From: an uncultured Gemmatimonadaceae bacterium
GTDB taxonomy: Bacteria > Gemmatimonadota > Gemmatimonadetes > Gemmatimonadales > Gemmatimonadaceae
DNA length: 64,000 nucleotides
Assembly: GCA_963740355.1 (NCBI GenBank)
Contig: CAVUDW010000003.1
Coordinates: forward strand, 1-64,000
Direction: 5' to 3'
The position numbers and the translations under genes were made by a program. Positions 40,763-50,800 of this stretch are shown here, in pieces. The notes below the pieces were generated by a model. It was not told the origin of the DNA. It made no database searches and saw nothing but the letters and a program-made list of their open reading frames with translations. Every line of letters begins with the position of its first letter. The stretch's first letter is position 1.

Positions 40763-40780
40763 ATGTGAAACTTTTCACAA
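40763..40780 (-). promoter_or_regulatory. Putative Rex operator upstream of actA
   Basis: Minus strand TTGTGAAAAGTTTCACAT vs Rex consensus TTGTGAA-N4-TTCACAA (1 mismatch), 45 bp upstream of the actA ATG. Confidence 0.65.
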
Positions 40781-40944
40781 GCGTCGGGCACATACGAGAC
40801 CAAAGAAAGCGCGGCCACGAAAATCACGCAAGTCGTTGTGGCATCGCATGGAACACGGCTCACGCCGGTCCTAACGCAAGTGCATTTGCGACAGAGACCT
40901 CTGGCGAGCCGGTCCGGATTCATCCGGACGGGGCCGGAAAAACC

Positions 40945-41745
40945 TTACCCCATAACGCTGCGTGCCGATGCCGCGATGCCGGCGCCAGAGGCCATCGTGA
41001 CTGCGGGCAAGAACGACGAGAGCAGCGAAAACGTTGCCAAAGGGGCCTGAACCAATCGCAGCGGCCAGTAGCCGCCAAAGACGAACCGGTCGCCGCCGAT
41101 GGTGTGGAGCAGGTGCTCGAGGTGGTCCTCGGGAGGGCCCCAGACCCACGCCCAGTCCCAGAAACAGCGCTGCTGTTCGGCCGGCGTCAGCGACCAGTGC
41201 GTCTCCTCGATCAGGTCGCGCCCCGCACCGCTGATCACGACATGGACGCGTGGGTCAGCCCGAACGACCGTGCGGATGTGGCCGGCAGTCAGGTCCCCTG
41301 CCCCATCCATGGGGTGGCGCTGCCGCAGGTCCTCGAACCGGACCGTGAGCTGGAGCACGAGCCCACGCGCCCCGCACGCACCGGCAAGCTGCACCAGCGC
41401 CGGCGACGCGGACCCGTAGCCGAGCTGCATGGGGTAGGCGCGAACGGAAGGTGCGCCTCGTGAGACTGCGTCGTCGAGCGACGCCTCCCAGCCGGGCCAG
41501 TCGGGGCGCACGGTCGGTGACGGCAGCAACACATCGGCGTGCGGCGCCAACTGTGCGTGCAGCCACGCGTTCGCGGGCGCGGGATCGCGATGCCAGGCCG
41601 ACGGGAGCGCGCCAACCCATGCCTGCCCAATGCGCTCCCGGCCCAGTACGCGGACCAGTACGTCTGCGTCGGGATGCGGCAGGTCGCGAAACGGATACGA
41701 TCCGATCCAGGCGCTGACATCGGTGTCAAATCGGAACGCTGTCAT
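40945..41745 (-). CDS. Amidohydrolase-fold protein (metal ligands apparently degenerate)
   Basis: 'DVSAWIGSYPF', 'VRAYP', 'IGGDRFVFGGYWP': amidohydro_2 layout without HxH or the final Asp. Confidence 0.7.
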   Translation of the reverse strand: MTAFRFDTDVSAWIGSYPFRDLPHPDADVLVRVLGRERIGQAWVGALPSAWHRDPAPANAWLHAQLAPHADVLLPSPTVRPDWPGWEASLDDAVSRGAPSVRAYPMQLGYGSASPALVQLAGACGARGLVLQLTVRFEDLRQRHPMDGAGDLTAGHIRTVVRADPRVHVVISGAGRDLIEETHWSLTPAEQQRCFWDWAWVWGPPEDHLEHLLHTIGGDRFVFGGYWPLRLVQAPLATFSLLSSFLPAVTMASGAGIAASARSVMG

Positions 41746-42554
41746 GCAAACGGGAAGCTGTGTGGGGGAAAGATCCGTACGGCGTTTCGCCAGCAGATAT
41801 CGTCGAGCGCATCCTGTGGCATGCCGATGACCTCGAGTGCCTGCAACTTTGCGAGGCCCGTGCAGAGCGTCAGGTCAGCCGCCCACAGCAGCCGCTGCGG
41901 TCCAATGGCCTCGAGGTAGGCGTCCAGCATGCCGCGATCGACGCCACTGCCGCTCGTGTCGGGAAAGACATTCGGCACATCGCGAATGACGTTGATGGTG
42001 TGTCCCCAGTCGCCGCCACCGCCGATGTGCGCGAGGATGAAGTTCGTCTCCGGATGCCGTCGCGCGAGCCGCACCAGCTCCACCGCATCGCTGGCTTCCT
42101 GCATGCCCCACTCGCGTTGACGGTGCTGCCAGATGTGATGCAACACGGGCATGCCGCGCTTCCCGGCGGCCGCCGCAATGACATCCACCAGCGGATCATC
42201 GGCGCGACGACTGGCGCTGAGCTTCACGCCGATCGCGCCCATCAGCACCCCGCGCTCGATCTCCTGCAATGCGTGCGCGGTGTGATTCGGATTCACATGC
42301 ACGAACGCGCGTACGCGCGCCCGTTCGTCACTCGCGATCTCGTACATCGCGTCATTCCCGGCGACGACATCCGCGGGGGACGCAAAATAGGTGGGCGACG
42401 TGCGCCCCCACGTGCCAAGGATGGATGCGACGTGATAGCTGATGCCGATCGCCTCGCCAGCGCGTAACCGAGACGCGTTGTAGCGCGCAAAGTCGTCGCG
42501 ACTGCCAGCCCAATGAAAGTGGGCATGGGCGTCAATGAGGTGTCGAGGGGCCAT
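41742..42554 (-). CDS. Amidohydrolase family protein (amidohydro_2)
   Basis: 'IDAHAH', 'AIGVKL', 'PVLHH', 'FILAHIGGG', 'DTSGS', 'GPQRLLWAAD'. Confidence 0.85.
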   Translation of the reverse strand: MAPRHLIDAHAHFHWAGSRDDFARYNASRLRAGEAIGISYHVASILGTWGRTSPTYFASPADVVAGNDAMYEIASDERARVRAFVHVNPNHTAHALQEIERGVLMGAIGVKLSASRRADDPLVDVIAAAAGKRGMPVLHHIWQHRQREWGMQEASDAVELVRLARRHPETNFILAHIGGGGDWGHTINVIRDVPNVFPDTSGSGVDRGMLDAYLEAIGPQRLLWAADLTLCTGLAKLQALEVIGMPQDALDDICWRNAVRIFPPHSFPFA

Positions 42555-42568
42555 GATTGCGGAATCGG

Positions 42569-43738
42569 CTAGTGCGTGAGCGCCCAGTGGAATGCATCGC
42601 CAACCGCCGCAATGTCGGCCGGTGACATGGCGCACATCGGGAATTGATACGGGCCGCGCTTCGCGAGCACCCCCGCCTGGCGCAGCAACGCGAGCTTGCG
42701 ATCCATCGTCTCGTCGTCAGGCCATCGGATGATGAACATCGTGTCGTCACCCGTCGTGTGCAGGTGCGAGCCCGCTTGCGCCACCGCCTGTGCGATCGCC
42801 TCGCGCAGTGCGCGTCCGGTCGCGCGAAGCTCCGCGCACACGTCGCGCACGTCGTGCTGATCGAGGACGGCGTGTGACGCCGCGATCGCCGTGAGCTCGG
42901 TGGCGAGCGTACTCGAGATCCAAGTGCGGTTGGCAGCCGCCATGACCTCCGCCTTTCCAACCGCCGCAGCCAGCGGATAACCGTTGGCCATGGCCTTTCC
43001 GATCGCCGCCAGGTCTGGCGTCACGCCAAGCACGGCTTGCGCGCCACCGCGATGGAGCCGGAAGCCGGTCTTCACTTCGTCGAAGATCAGGACCGCGCCG
43101 ACACGATCACAAAACGCGCGCAGCTCATGCAGCCATTCCGCCTGCGCGAGTTCCTCCACCAGCGGCTCCACCATGATTGCCGCAACCGTGTCGCCCGACT
43201 CGGCGAGCGCGGTGCGCCAGGCCTCCATGTCATTGAACGGGAGGTGGGTGTAGTCGGCGTATGCGTTCGGCGGCACACCGAGCGAGGGCGCCCACCAGTC
43301 GAGCCACCCGAAATAGCCACTGCCAAGGATCTTCGTACGCCCGGTGTGTGCGCGTGCGATCCGCGCCACGGCGGCGCAGGCTTCGGCACCGCTCTTTAGG
43401 AAGCGCGCCTGTTCGGCGCATGGGAGGAAGTCGCGCAACCGTTCGGCGAGTGTCACTTCATCGGTGTACGGCAGGCCGGCGACGGGACCACGCTGGGACG
43501 CACGCACCACAGCATCCGTGACCAGTGGATCGGCGTAGCCGAGCGACACTGCGCCAAGCGCACCGGTGAGATCGATCAGCCACGCGCCGTCGGTGGTGCG
43601 CACCCGACACCCACTCGCTTCCGTGATGTGGGTTGGACCGTTCTGCCCGACACCGAACATCGAGTCCGGGCGCTTGCTTCCCGTCGACGTGCCACCGGGA
43701 ATGGCGGCGACGGCGCGTGCGCGCCAATCCGCAGTCAC
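42569..43738 (-). CDS. Class III aminotransferase (glutamate-1-semialdehyde aminomutase-like)
   Basis: 'IPGGTSTGSK', 'FLKSGAEA', 'IFDEVKTGFR', 'PDLAAIGKAMANGYP', 'SST'. Confidence 0.88.
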   Translation of the reverse strand: MTADWRARAVAAIPGGTSTGSKRPDSMFGVGQNGPTHITEASGCRVRTTDGAWLIDLTGALGAVSLGYADPLVTDAVVRASQRGPVAGLPYTDEVTLAERLRDFLPCAEQARFLKSGAEACAAVARIARAHTGRTKILGSGYFGWLDWWAPSLGVPPNAYADYTHLPFNDMEAWRTALAESGDTVAAIMVEPLVEELAQAEWLHELRAFCDRVGAVLIFDEVKTGFRLHRGGAQAVLGVTPDLAAIGKAMANGYPLAAAVGKAEVMAAANRTWISSTLATELTAIAASHAVLDQHDVRDVCAELRATGRALREAIAQAVAQAGSHLHTTGDDTMFIIRWPDDETMDRKLALLRQAGVLAKRGPYQFPMCAMSPADIAAVGDAFHWALTH

Positions 43739-44580
43739 GCGATGTCCTCGACCGGCGCGGGACCGGGCATGCCGTCCGGGATGCCCGGCACCTCGGAGGA
43801 TGGCGCCTCGTACATCTCACCGGCGAGGGCGGCCTTGAACGAGGCGCGGGTTTCGCGCTCGAGGGTACGCTCGACTTCGATCGCCATCGACTTCACGAGG
43901 TCCATTTCGCGGGTGGCGGGTTCGGCGCGCGCGATCAGCGACCGCACCGCGCGCATCACATGATCGGGATTGCGCGTCTTGAAGAAGTCGAGCAGGTCGA
44001 GCGCACGGTGGATGCGCTGGATCGTGAGCTCGCGGTTGTCGACCGTCGAGGCCGGGCCTTCCTTGCGCCGCCGCGGTGGCATCCGCGTGGCATCACCTGC
44101 GGCGAGGTGCAGCTCGTAGGCGCCGACGAGGATCGCCTGCGCGAGGTTGAGTGACATGTGCTCGGTGGTCGGAATACAGACCACCGCGGTACTCTGGTCG
44201 AGCGCCTCGTTCGGGAGGCCGTGATCCTCGCGCCCGAAGAGCATGGCCACGGGACCATCCATCGCACGTTCCAACGCTACATCGGCCATTTCTCGCGGCG
44301 TGATGACCGGCCACCGCGCCGCACGATGCTTTCCCGCGAAGGCGTACACGGCGACACAATCCTTGATCGCATCGTGCAGCTCATCGACATGCCGCACCTT
44401 GCCCGCGAGGTCGCGCGTGTTGTGCGCGATGCGCTCGATCTTTTCAGGGTCGTAGCGGAATGGGCGGACCAGCACCAGGTCATCGAGCCCCATGTTCTTC
44501 ATCGCACGAACGGTCCCGCCGATGTTCACGGGGTCTTGTGGTTCGTGGAGGACGACACGGATGTTGCGAAGGAGGCTCAC
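43735..44580 (-). CDS. trmJ: SPOUT RNA methyltransferase, TrmJ/LasT family
   Basis: 'VVLHEPQDPVNIGGTVRAMKNMG', 'LFGREDHGLPNE', 'SLNLAQA'. Confidence 0.85.
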   Translation of the reverse strand: MSLLRNIRVVLHEPQDPVNIGGTVRAMKNMGLDDLVLVRPFRYDPEKIERIAHNTRDLAGKVRHVDELHDAIKDCVAVYAFAGKHRAARWPVITPREMADVALERAMDGPVAMLFGREDHGLPNEALDQSTAVVCIPTTEHMSLNLAQAILVGAYELHLAAGDATRMPPRRRKEGPASTVDNRELTIQRIHRALDLLDFFKTRNPDHVMRAVRSLIARAEPATREMDLVKSMAIEVERTLERETRASFKAALAGEMYEAPSSEVPGIPDGMPGPAPVEDIA

Positions 44581-47340
44581 GGCTGTGCTGGGTCAAAGGC
44601 GAAGTGCAGGGCGCGATCCGGTGCCTGGCGCGCCCCTCGAAGATAGGCGGATTCGCCGCGCGCGCCGGAGAGGACGAGCTGTCCGCGCCGGCGTTCGCGA
44701 CCGGCCGGGCGATCATTGACGATCACGTCGAGCGCGAGGTCGGGCCACGAGTCGGGCCATGGCACGGTGAAATACACGGAATAGCCATCCGGCGTCCGCT
44801 CCCAGCGTGCCGTCACGCCGTCCACCGCGCCCTCGGCCGCGGTCAGCCGGACCGCGTCACCGTCAGGCACCGCAATCAGGCTATTCCACCGAGAGGTGGT
44901 GGCGGAGCGAAAGTGCAGTTGCACACCGTCGCTGTTGACGTCGGGAAGTTCGTTGTCGAGCGGATTGCTGTCGGCGCGTGCGGCGAAGACCGGCTCACGG
45001 TCAAGCTTGACGAACGCCGCAACGGTGAAGCTCGACTCGCTGCCGACACCGGCCCACAGGCTGACGTCCGCGCTGGGGCGACCCGCGTCCTGCCACGACT
45101 CCTCGGTTGACCGGTAGTGTGATTCGCCGAGTTCCGCGGTCAGGTAGAACGCGGCCGGCAGACGCAGTGGCGCAGGAGCGGCGACCTGCTGTGGGAGGCT
45201 CGTCGGATCATCGGTCGCCTGCGGCCGAGCGCCGCTCAATTCCACGGTGCCAGCGAGCGCGGTGCTCGCGGCGTCGATTGGCGCACCGCGCACGATACGC
45301 CATGCGCCGTCGACGCGTGTGTGTACGCACGGTGCCACATCCTTCGAAAAACCGCGTACCGTGATGGAATCGCCCTCGACCTTGACCGATGCCAGCGGCA
45401 CACTCCACGAGAATACGCGCACACTCCGGCCGCTGGTCCCGCGCTGGCGCAATGCGACGAGGCCATGTGACGCGCCGGCCGGAGGGCCGATGGTTTCAGC
45501 GCGCCACAGCGTAGCTGGCGACTCACTCCAAAGAAAGCAGTAGAAGGCCTGCGCGACATCTGCAGATGACGCGCTGAAAGCAGGCGACGGCAGTGAATCG
45601 AGCAACAGCCCACGCTCATGTCGCGCCGGAAAGATCGTCGATTCCGCGCGCGACAGAAACGCGTCCTGTGATGTGCCAGGCACGAACGCGTCCCACTTTC
45701 CGGCGTGGCCTTCCATCAGGCGCGCTTGCATGGGGACATCGACCGACACGTCGACATCCGACGATCCACCGCACCTCGTCGACGACGTGATCCGGCATCA
45801 CAACGACGGTGCGAACGAAGCGCACCTTGCTGATCGGATCGATGAACTCGGCCGAGACCCATCCGGCATCACCACGCTCGTCGAATGCGAGCAGCGCGCC
45901 GCGAGCAGCACCTTGATCCTGGCCATTCACCATTGGCGCGTTGTGCGCCATCGAGCTGCGGTACCAGGCCAATGTCGGCGAGGTGTAGCTGCCTGTTCCT
46001 ACGTCGTCGAGCAGTCGACGCTGGTCGGTGGCGATGACGAGGTTGAGACGATCAGGATGTCCGTGTCCATCGCCCGGATCGCCGTAGTCCAGGCCGACCC
46101 AGAGATTTCCGGACTCGCGCCGAAAGACGGCAAGCCCCTGCCCTTCGAGCAGCTCGGTGTGCGGCGTCGCGCCTTCCAGGGACGGAAGTTCGAGTCGCGC
46201 CAGCAGGAGTGCGCGCCAACTGCAATCGGCACGGGTCAAGCGGACGCCACGCTGATTGCGCTCGGCGTCGGCGGTCGAACTCCAGCGACCACTGTCCCCC
46301 GCGTCCGGCCACGCGGCATACAGGGACGCCAGCGCGGCTCGCAATTCCGGCGTGTCGCGGCGCGCGAATCCGCACTCGGCCCAATCCGCCGTGCGATACT
46401 GTCGCAGCGCGATCCCGTATTGACTGTCGCGGCGTGCGGGGAACGTGCCGTCGGGGAGCATGGTGCGGAACGGCGCCGCGAATCCGGCCTCGAAACGGGC
46501 CAGAAGTTCGGCTGGCAGCTCAAAGCCGGCGCGCTCAGCGAGGGTCACGGCCGAGAGCAGGCCGCGGTGAGCGAACAGGTGATAGTTCTCCCCTTCGTAC
46601 CAGCTGCCGTCGGTGTGCAGGCCGTCGCGGAGGAGCATGATCAACGAACCGGTCGCCTGTCGCCGCAGTGCGTGATCGTCGAGCAGGCCGGCCGCGGCGA
46701 GCATCGCTGCAACGTGCCAGACCTGCCGATTGCTGCGGCCCTCGTCGAACCCGGCGATCAGCGCGGCACTCGGCGCAATGACGCGCTCGAGTGTCTCGGC
46801 AGCGCGTGCGTCGCAGCCTCCCTTGGCGGAAATCCGGAGATCGAGCGCAGTCGCGAGATGCAGCAGCCAGATCGACTCGAGATAGGTGCTGAAGAATGGC
46901 CGCGTGGGGCCAAGTGCGTTGTCGCGATTGGGCCAGGTGGCGTAACGCGCCGTGTAGATGTCGAGAATTTCATCGGCACGTGTGGCGGCACGCGCATCGT
47001 CGAGCAGGTACGCGAGTGCGGCGGCGCGCGTGGCTTGCTCAGCGGTCCAGAGATGGCCGTTCATGAGCCACCACTGGTGGTGCACCTCCTCCGTGTACAC
47101 GACGCCGCAGCTCGGGCAGGTGTGTGCGTGTGGCTGTCTCGGATCGAACAGCAACAACACGGTGCAGGCGATGCAACGCCCACCGTGGCGAGTGAGTCGA
47201 GACTTGCCATCCGGCATTGGCACGTCGAGCGCGGCATGCAGTTCGCGCTGCAGCGACGTTGCGAGGCCGCCGAGCGCGGTTGGTGACTGCAGCTGCTGCT
47301 TTCGCGCGCGCAGGCGCTCCGCCGACAGGAAGAGGGTCAT
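44577..47340 (-). pseudogene. Heparinase II/III-like polysaccharide lyase, split by an apparent frameshift near 45765 (pseudogene or sequencing error)
   Basis: ORF 45616..47340 has 'SNRQVWH', 'WYEGENYH', 'GHGHPDRLN', 'DVGTGSY..WYRSSMAHN'. It turns non-protein-like after 'VVDEVRW', while the +1 frame continues 'SSDVDVSVDVPM' into ORF 44577..45749. Confidence 0.7.
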
Positions 47341-48944
47341 CGGGCCGCGACCGGCGCCAACGTCCAGCGAGCCGCGGAAAACAACTCACCACGCAAGTCG
47401 ATCTCCACGTGCTGCAGTCGCCGCGTGAGCCCTTGCACGCCACGTGAGTGAAAGATCGGCGTGGCCGGGATGCTGTCGGAGAGAATCGTGAGCACGTCGC
47501 GCCAGGCGAGCGTCCTGGCACTGGTATCGGTGGTGGTGCGGAGGTGCGCGAAGGCCGGCGCGAGGTTGGCCGGGCGGGCCGCGCCGAGATCGAGAGCTCC
47601 GCCAGCGGCGGCCGGATCGAAGAGTGCGGCGAGTTGGCTGCGTGCGGGATCGCCGGCGACGCCGGTGTAGATCGCGCAGTGCCCGGCTGCACGAGTGCGG
47701 GCGCTATTGAGCAGTGCGCCCATGTCCCGGGTTGCGATGCGCAACGTGATGCCACGCGCACGCAGGTCGGACTGCAGCAGCTGTTCGACCGGGTTGTCGC
47801 CCGCGCCTACACTGAGCATGTCCAGCTCGAGCACCGCGCCGGCTCGGGCGCGTCGGCCGTCAGTACCACGGCGCCACCCTGCCGCATCGAGCAGTGAGTC
47901 AGCGCGACCGACCTGCGCAGCCGTGGTATCGTGCGCGAGGTCGGCGGCCAGCGCCGCACTCGGCACACCGAAGCCACCGACGCCCGCGTCGACGATACGC
48001 CGACGATCGACCGCCAACGCGATCGCCCGGCGCACGCGCACATCCTGCACCGCCGTACAGGTCGGGTTGAACACCAGCCAGTTGGTGAAGAAGCCGGGAT
48101 AGTCGAGCACGCGGAGCGTGGGATCGCGGCGAACGAGGGTCGCGGTGGCGGGATTGACCCCGGCAATATCGAGAGCGCCGCTGACCAGGCCGGCCACCTT
48201 GGTCGTGGCTTCATCGACGATTGCAATCACCAGTGTCCTGGTGGCGGCAACCCCGCCCATGCGCGCGGGAAATGCGGTGACGCGTTCGAGGATCCACCTG
48301 CGACCCGCCTCGCGCGCGACGACGCGGTATGGCCCGGAGCCGATCGGCGCAAAGGTGAATGGCTGCTTTCGGAGCGCATTGGGCTGCACATGCTGCAACA
48401 GATGTTCGGGCAACAGCGGCAATTCGGCCAACACCAGCGGTACCTCTGCCTGTGCGCGCACGAAATGAAGTTCGAGTGTGTCGGAGCTGCGGGTCCAAAG
48501 GCTGTCGATGGATTCCAGGTCACCGCGGCGCGCGTAGCCAGTGGATGGGTCGCGGGCGAGCCGGAGTGTGAAGCTCGCATCGGCAGCAGTTAGCCGTGCA
48601 CCGTCGTGCCAGCGAAGTGCGGTGTCGATGACGAAGGTGAGGCGCGTACGATCGCGGTTCCACGACCAGGCCCGCGCTGCCCAGGGCTCGGGCAGCAGCG
48701 ACGAGGAGAGGCGGACCAGCGGTGTGAACACGAGATACCGCTGTACCTGTCGCGAGAGCGGGTGCACCGTAGTCAGTGGTTGCATGCCTTCGAGATCGGT
48801 GCCTGACGCAATCACGATGGTATCGGGCGACCGCGGGGCACCAGCGCATGCACTGAGTGAGGCAGCCAATGCAACCGCGGAGAAGCCGCGTGCAGAGAAA
48901 ACCGTCGCCAGCCGGTTGGCGGCGGTGCGCGCGCGGGCGATCAT
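47337..48944 (-). CDS. Family-5 ABC transporter substrate-binding lipoprotein
   Basis: Lipobox 'SLSAC', 'RWHDGARLTAAD', 'PIGSGPYR', 'VRRAIALAVDR', 'LLDAAGW'; true start around 48944, not 50012. Confidence 0.88.
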   Translation of the reverse strand: MIARARTAANRLATVFSARGFSAVALAASLSACAGAPRSPDTIVIASGTDLEGMQPLTTVHPLSRQVQRYLVFTPLVRLSSSLLPEPWAARAWSWNRDRTRLTFVIDTALRWHDGARLTAADASFTLRLARDPSTGYARRGDLESIDSLWTRSSDTLELHFVRAQAEVPLVLAELPLLPEHLLQHVQPNALRKQPFTFAPIGSGPYRVVAREAGRRWILERVTAFPARMGGVAATRTLVIAIVDEATTKVAGLVSGALDIAGVNPATATLVRRDPTLRVLDYPGFFTNWLVFNPTCTAVQDVRVRRAIALAVDRRRIVDAGVGGFGVPSAALAADLAHDTTAAQVGRADSLLDAAGWRRGTDGRRARAGAVLELDMLSVGAGDNPVEQLLQSDLRARGITLRIATRDMGALLNSARTRAAGHCAIYTGVAGDPARSQLAALFDPAAAGGALDLGAARPANLAPAFAHLRTTTDTSARTLAWRDVLTILSDSIPATPIFHSRGVQGLTRRLQHVEIDLRGELFSAARWTLAPVAAR

Positions 48945-48950
48945 TGGGGC

Positions 48951-49931
48951 GTGGCTCACCTGCTCCGCCGCTCCGGCACCGCGCTCGCACTGCTTTGGCT
49001 GGTCTGCACGCTGACGTTTGCGCTGGTGCACTCGGCTCCGGGTGATGCGGCGCTGTTGTTGCTGCCGCCGGAAGCGGACGCCGCAACGCTGACGCGGCTC
49101 CGCGCCGAGCTTGGCCTCGATGCCCCGCTGGCGCAGCAGTACGTTCGCTGGTTGGGAAATATCGCTCGGGGTGACCTCGGGACCAGCCTCGCGACCGGGC
49201 GACCGGTGTCGGAAAGTGTGGCGGAGGCGCTGCCAGTCTCGATCGGGCTGGGTGCGGCATCGCTGTTCTTGACAGTATTGATCGGGACGGCGGTCGGCAG
49301 CGTGCAGGCGCGCCGCGCCGGCAGCGCCGCCGACAGCTGGCTGACGGTGTTGTCGACCACCGTATACTCGGCGCCGACCTTCTGGCTTTCGCTGGCCTTC
49401 GTTGCAGCGGTGACAGTTGGCGCGGCCGCATTCGGCGTTCCGCCGGCGTGGCGATTGCCGGCCTTCGCGTTGCGAGATCCTGGGGTGTTGGATGCGGCGG
49501 CCGCGCCGATCGACATCATCCGCCACGCGGTCCTGCCGGTGCTGGTGTTGGCACTCACGGGTGCGGCGGGCGTGGCGCGGTTCGCGCGCTCCGCGATCGT
49601 CGAGGCATCTCGAGGTGACTATCGACGGACAGCGATCGCCAAGGGTGTGACGGCGACTCGCGCCTGGTACCATCACGTCGTGCGGATCGCGTTGCCGTCG
49701 GTCGCGGCGCTGGTCGCGCTCTCGGTGCCAGGCATCGTGGCGGGATCGGTATTCGTGGAAGGGGTGTTCGCGTGGCCCGGCATGGGAAAGCTGCTGCTGA
49801 CGGCCGTGGCACAGCGCGATCATCCGGTGATCCTTGCCGTCACGCTGCTGTACGCGACTGTGGTGATCGTGACGAACCTGCTCACCGATTCGATCCTTCC
49901 ACTGCTGGACCCGCGGCGGACACGCGCATGA
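48951..49931 (+). CDS. ABC transporter permease (DppB/OppB-like)
   Basis: 'APGDA', 'LGLDAPLAQQYVRWL..RGDLGTS', 'DYRRTAIAKG', 'VEGVFAWPGMG', 'LLDPR'. Confidence 0.93.
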   Translation: MAHLLRRSGTALALLWLVCTLTFALVHSAPGDAALLLLPPEADAATLTRLRAELGLDAPLAQQYVRWLGNIARGDLGTSLATGRPVSESVAEALPVSIGLGAASLFLTVLIGTAVGSVQARRAGSAADSWLTVLSTTVYSAPTFWLSLAFVAAVTVGAAAFGVPPAWRLPAFALRDPGVLDAAAAPIDIIRHAVLPVLVLALTGAAGVARFARSAIVEASRGDYRRTAIAKGVTATRAWYHHVVRIALPSVAALVALSVPGIVAGSVFVEGVFAWPGMGKLLLTAVAQRDHPVILAVTLLYATVVIVTNLLTDSILPLLDPRRTRA

Positions 49932-50800
49932 TGCGTCACGCACCGCGTCGTGTGCAGGTCTCGGCCGTGATGCTTCTCGGCGTGGTGCTGGCCTGCGTGA
50001 TCGGGCCGGCAATCCTGCAGCGCGACCCGACAGCCATCGGTGATGTGCTGGCGCAACGATTCAGCGGACCATTGCGCGCGGACGGCTCAGGGATCTGGCA
50101 CCTGTTCGGCACCGACGCATTCGGGCGCGACGTGCTGGCGCGACTACTGCTGGCAGGGCGGCTCTCGCTGCTGGTGGGTGTTGCGGGCGCGCTGCTGAGT
50201 GGCGTGTTGGGCGCGGGCCTTGGCGCCGTGGCAGGGTGGCATGCCGGGTGGCTGGATCGGGTGATCACGGCGGCATCTGACACCTTGCAGTCGATTCCGC
50301 GCCTGGTACTGCTTCTGGCGTGCGCGGCGCTCTGGCGGCCAGGCATCCCGACGCTGCTGACGGTCCTGGCGTTGACGGGATGGATGGGTGTGGCGCGGTT
50401 GGTGCGCGCCGAGGTGACGGGGCTGGTGGAACGCGACTTCGTGGCGGCCGCGCGAGTGTTGGGAGCATCGCAGGCACGGATGCTGGCGCGGCATGTGATC
50501 CCGAATGCGATCGCCCCTGCACTGGTGGCGACGACACTAGGTATCGGGAACGCGATCCTGCTGGAAAGCGGCTTGAGCTTTCTTGGACTGGGAGTACAAC
50601 CGCCGGCGCCGAGTTGGGGTAACATGATTGCGGGCGGCCGCGAGCATCTGGTGACCGCGCCCTGGATCGCGCTCGCCCCGGGCCTGGCGGTGGTGCTGAC
50701 GGTGACCGCCGCCACGCTGATTGGTGATTGGCTGCAGGAACGTGCGTCGGGCCACACCGGACTGACGCCACCGGTCCCCCGTGCTACCGTTCAGTCATGA
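49928..50800 (+). CDS. ABC transporter permease (DppC/OppC-like)
   Basis: 'HLFGTDAFGRDVLAR', 'DFVAAARVLGAS', 'ESGLSFLGLGVQPPAPSWG'. Confidence 0.93.
   Translation: MMRHAPRRVQVSAVMLLGVVLACVIGPAILQRDPTAIGDVLAQRFSGPLRADGSGIWHLFGTDAFGRDVLARLLLAGRLSLLVGVAGALLSGVLGAGLGAVAGWHAGWLDRVITAASDTLQSIPRLVLLLACAALWRPGIPTLLTVLALTGWMGVARLVRAEVTGLVERDFVAAARVLGASQARMLARHVIPNAIAPALVATTLGIGNAILLESGLSFLGLGVQPPAPSWGNMIAGGREHLVTAPWIALAPGLAVVLTVTAATLIGDWLQERASGHTGLTPPVPRATVQS

Noticed and set aside
42569..43738. Calling the aminotransferase hemL
   Set aside because: Short and divergent, with no hem genes nearby; only the fold class is supportable
48945..50012. N-terminal 356 aa of the 891-aa ORF
   Set aside because: Antisense to the DppB-like permease; the real lipoprotein starts near 48944
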